From positions 66,402,001 through 66,466,000 of the forward strand of contig OX597814.1 of assembly GCA_951406725.2 (NCBI GenBank): a stretch of 64,000 nucleotides of DNA, given 5' to 3'. Positions 63,660 through 64,000 of the stretch are shown one piece after another. The DNA is from Octopus vulgaris (Eukaryota). Under the pieces are notes generated by a model. The model did not search any database. It worked only from the letters and a program-made list of their open reading frames with translations, and was not told the DNA's origin. Position numbers and translations under genes: made by a program. Position 1 is the stretch's first letter. The number at the start of each line of letters is the position of its first letter.

Positions 63660-64000
63660 GTATTTGAGCGTGTGTACGCAAGTTTGTGTGAATACGCGTG
63701 CGTATGCATGCATACAGATATATCTGTATGAATGTATGTATGTGTGTGGAGTCTGTGTATTTATATATTTGTGTGTCCATACTCACACACACACACATGC
63801 AAGCAATCACGCATCCACGTATTTCTGAGCATGTATGTGATTATTCTCACTTTACCTAATACAAAAATATTTCTCTTTACATTTCACACTAATATGTTTT
63901 CATTCATGTTTATTCTTTTCTACAAAACTTGCCATTGCTTTACATTTTGAACTGCTGAATTATAAATTTCAGTCGAGGATTCTCGTGGTTATTGCACTAT

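Overview
AT-rich, microsatellite-laden eukaryotic genomic DNA. The SINE families and the (TA)n/(CA)n/(TATG)n load resemble an Octopus (coleoid cephalopod) genome; the species is inferred, not proven. Two convergent intron-containing genes are present. (1) The last nine coding exons of an NPHP3 (nephrocystin-3) orthologue lie on + (6032-28497, TPR repeats). All have GT-AG boundaries with consistent phases, and four are absent from the ORF track. (2) The last four coding exons of an ADAMTS16/18-like gene lie on - (57346-49393; TSP1 repeats plus a terminal PLAC domain). The rest is decayed mobile DNA: a Helitron helicase remnant, three non-autonomous Helitrons, Tc1/mariner copies, a Ty3/Gypsy remnant, a Penelope-like element, RTE/CR1/Tx1/RLE LINE fragments, many tRNA-derived SINEs and several MITE/foldback elements. 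The most notable unannotated signals are: about nine minimal type-I hammerhead ribozyme motifs (one with the compensatory U3-A8 core, several with an unusually long helix II), a 28S rRNA domain V fragment inside a Tc1 transposase, perfect short-loop hairpins that look like template-switch products, a pre-miRNA-like hairpin, and an ~860-bp palindrome downstream of the ADAMTS stop codon. Most entries in the ORF track are microsatellite artefacts. Family assignments rest on motif recognition from memory, not database searches.
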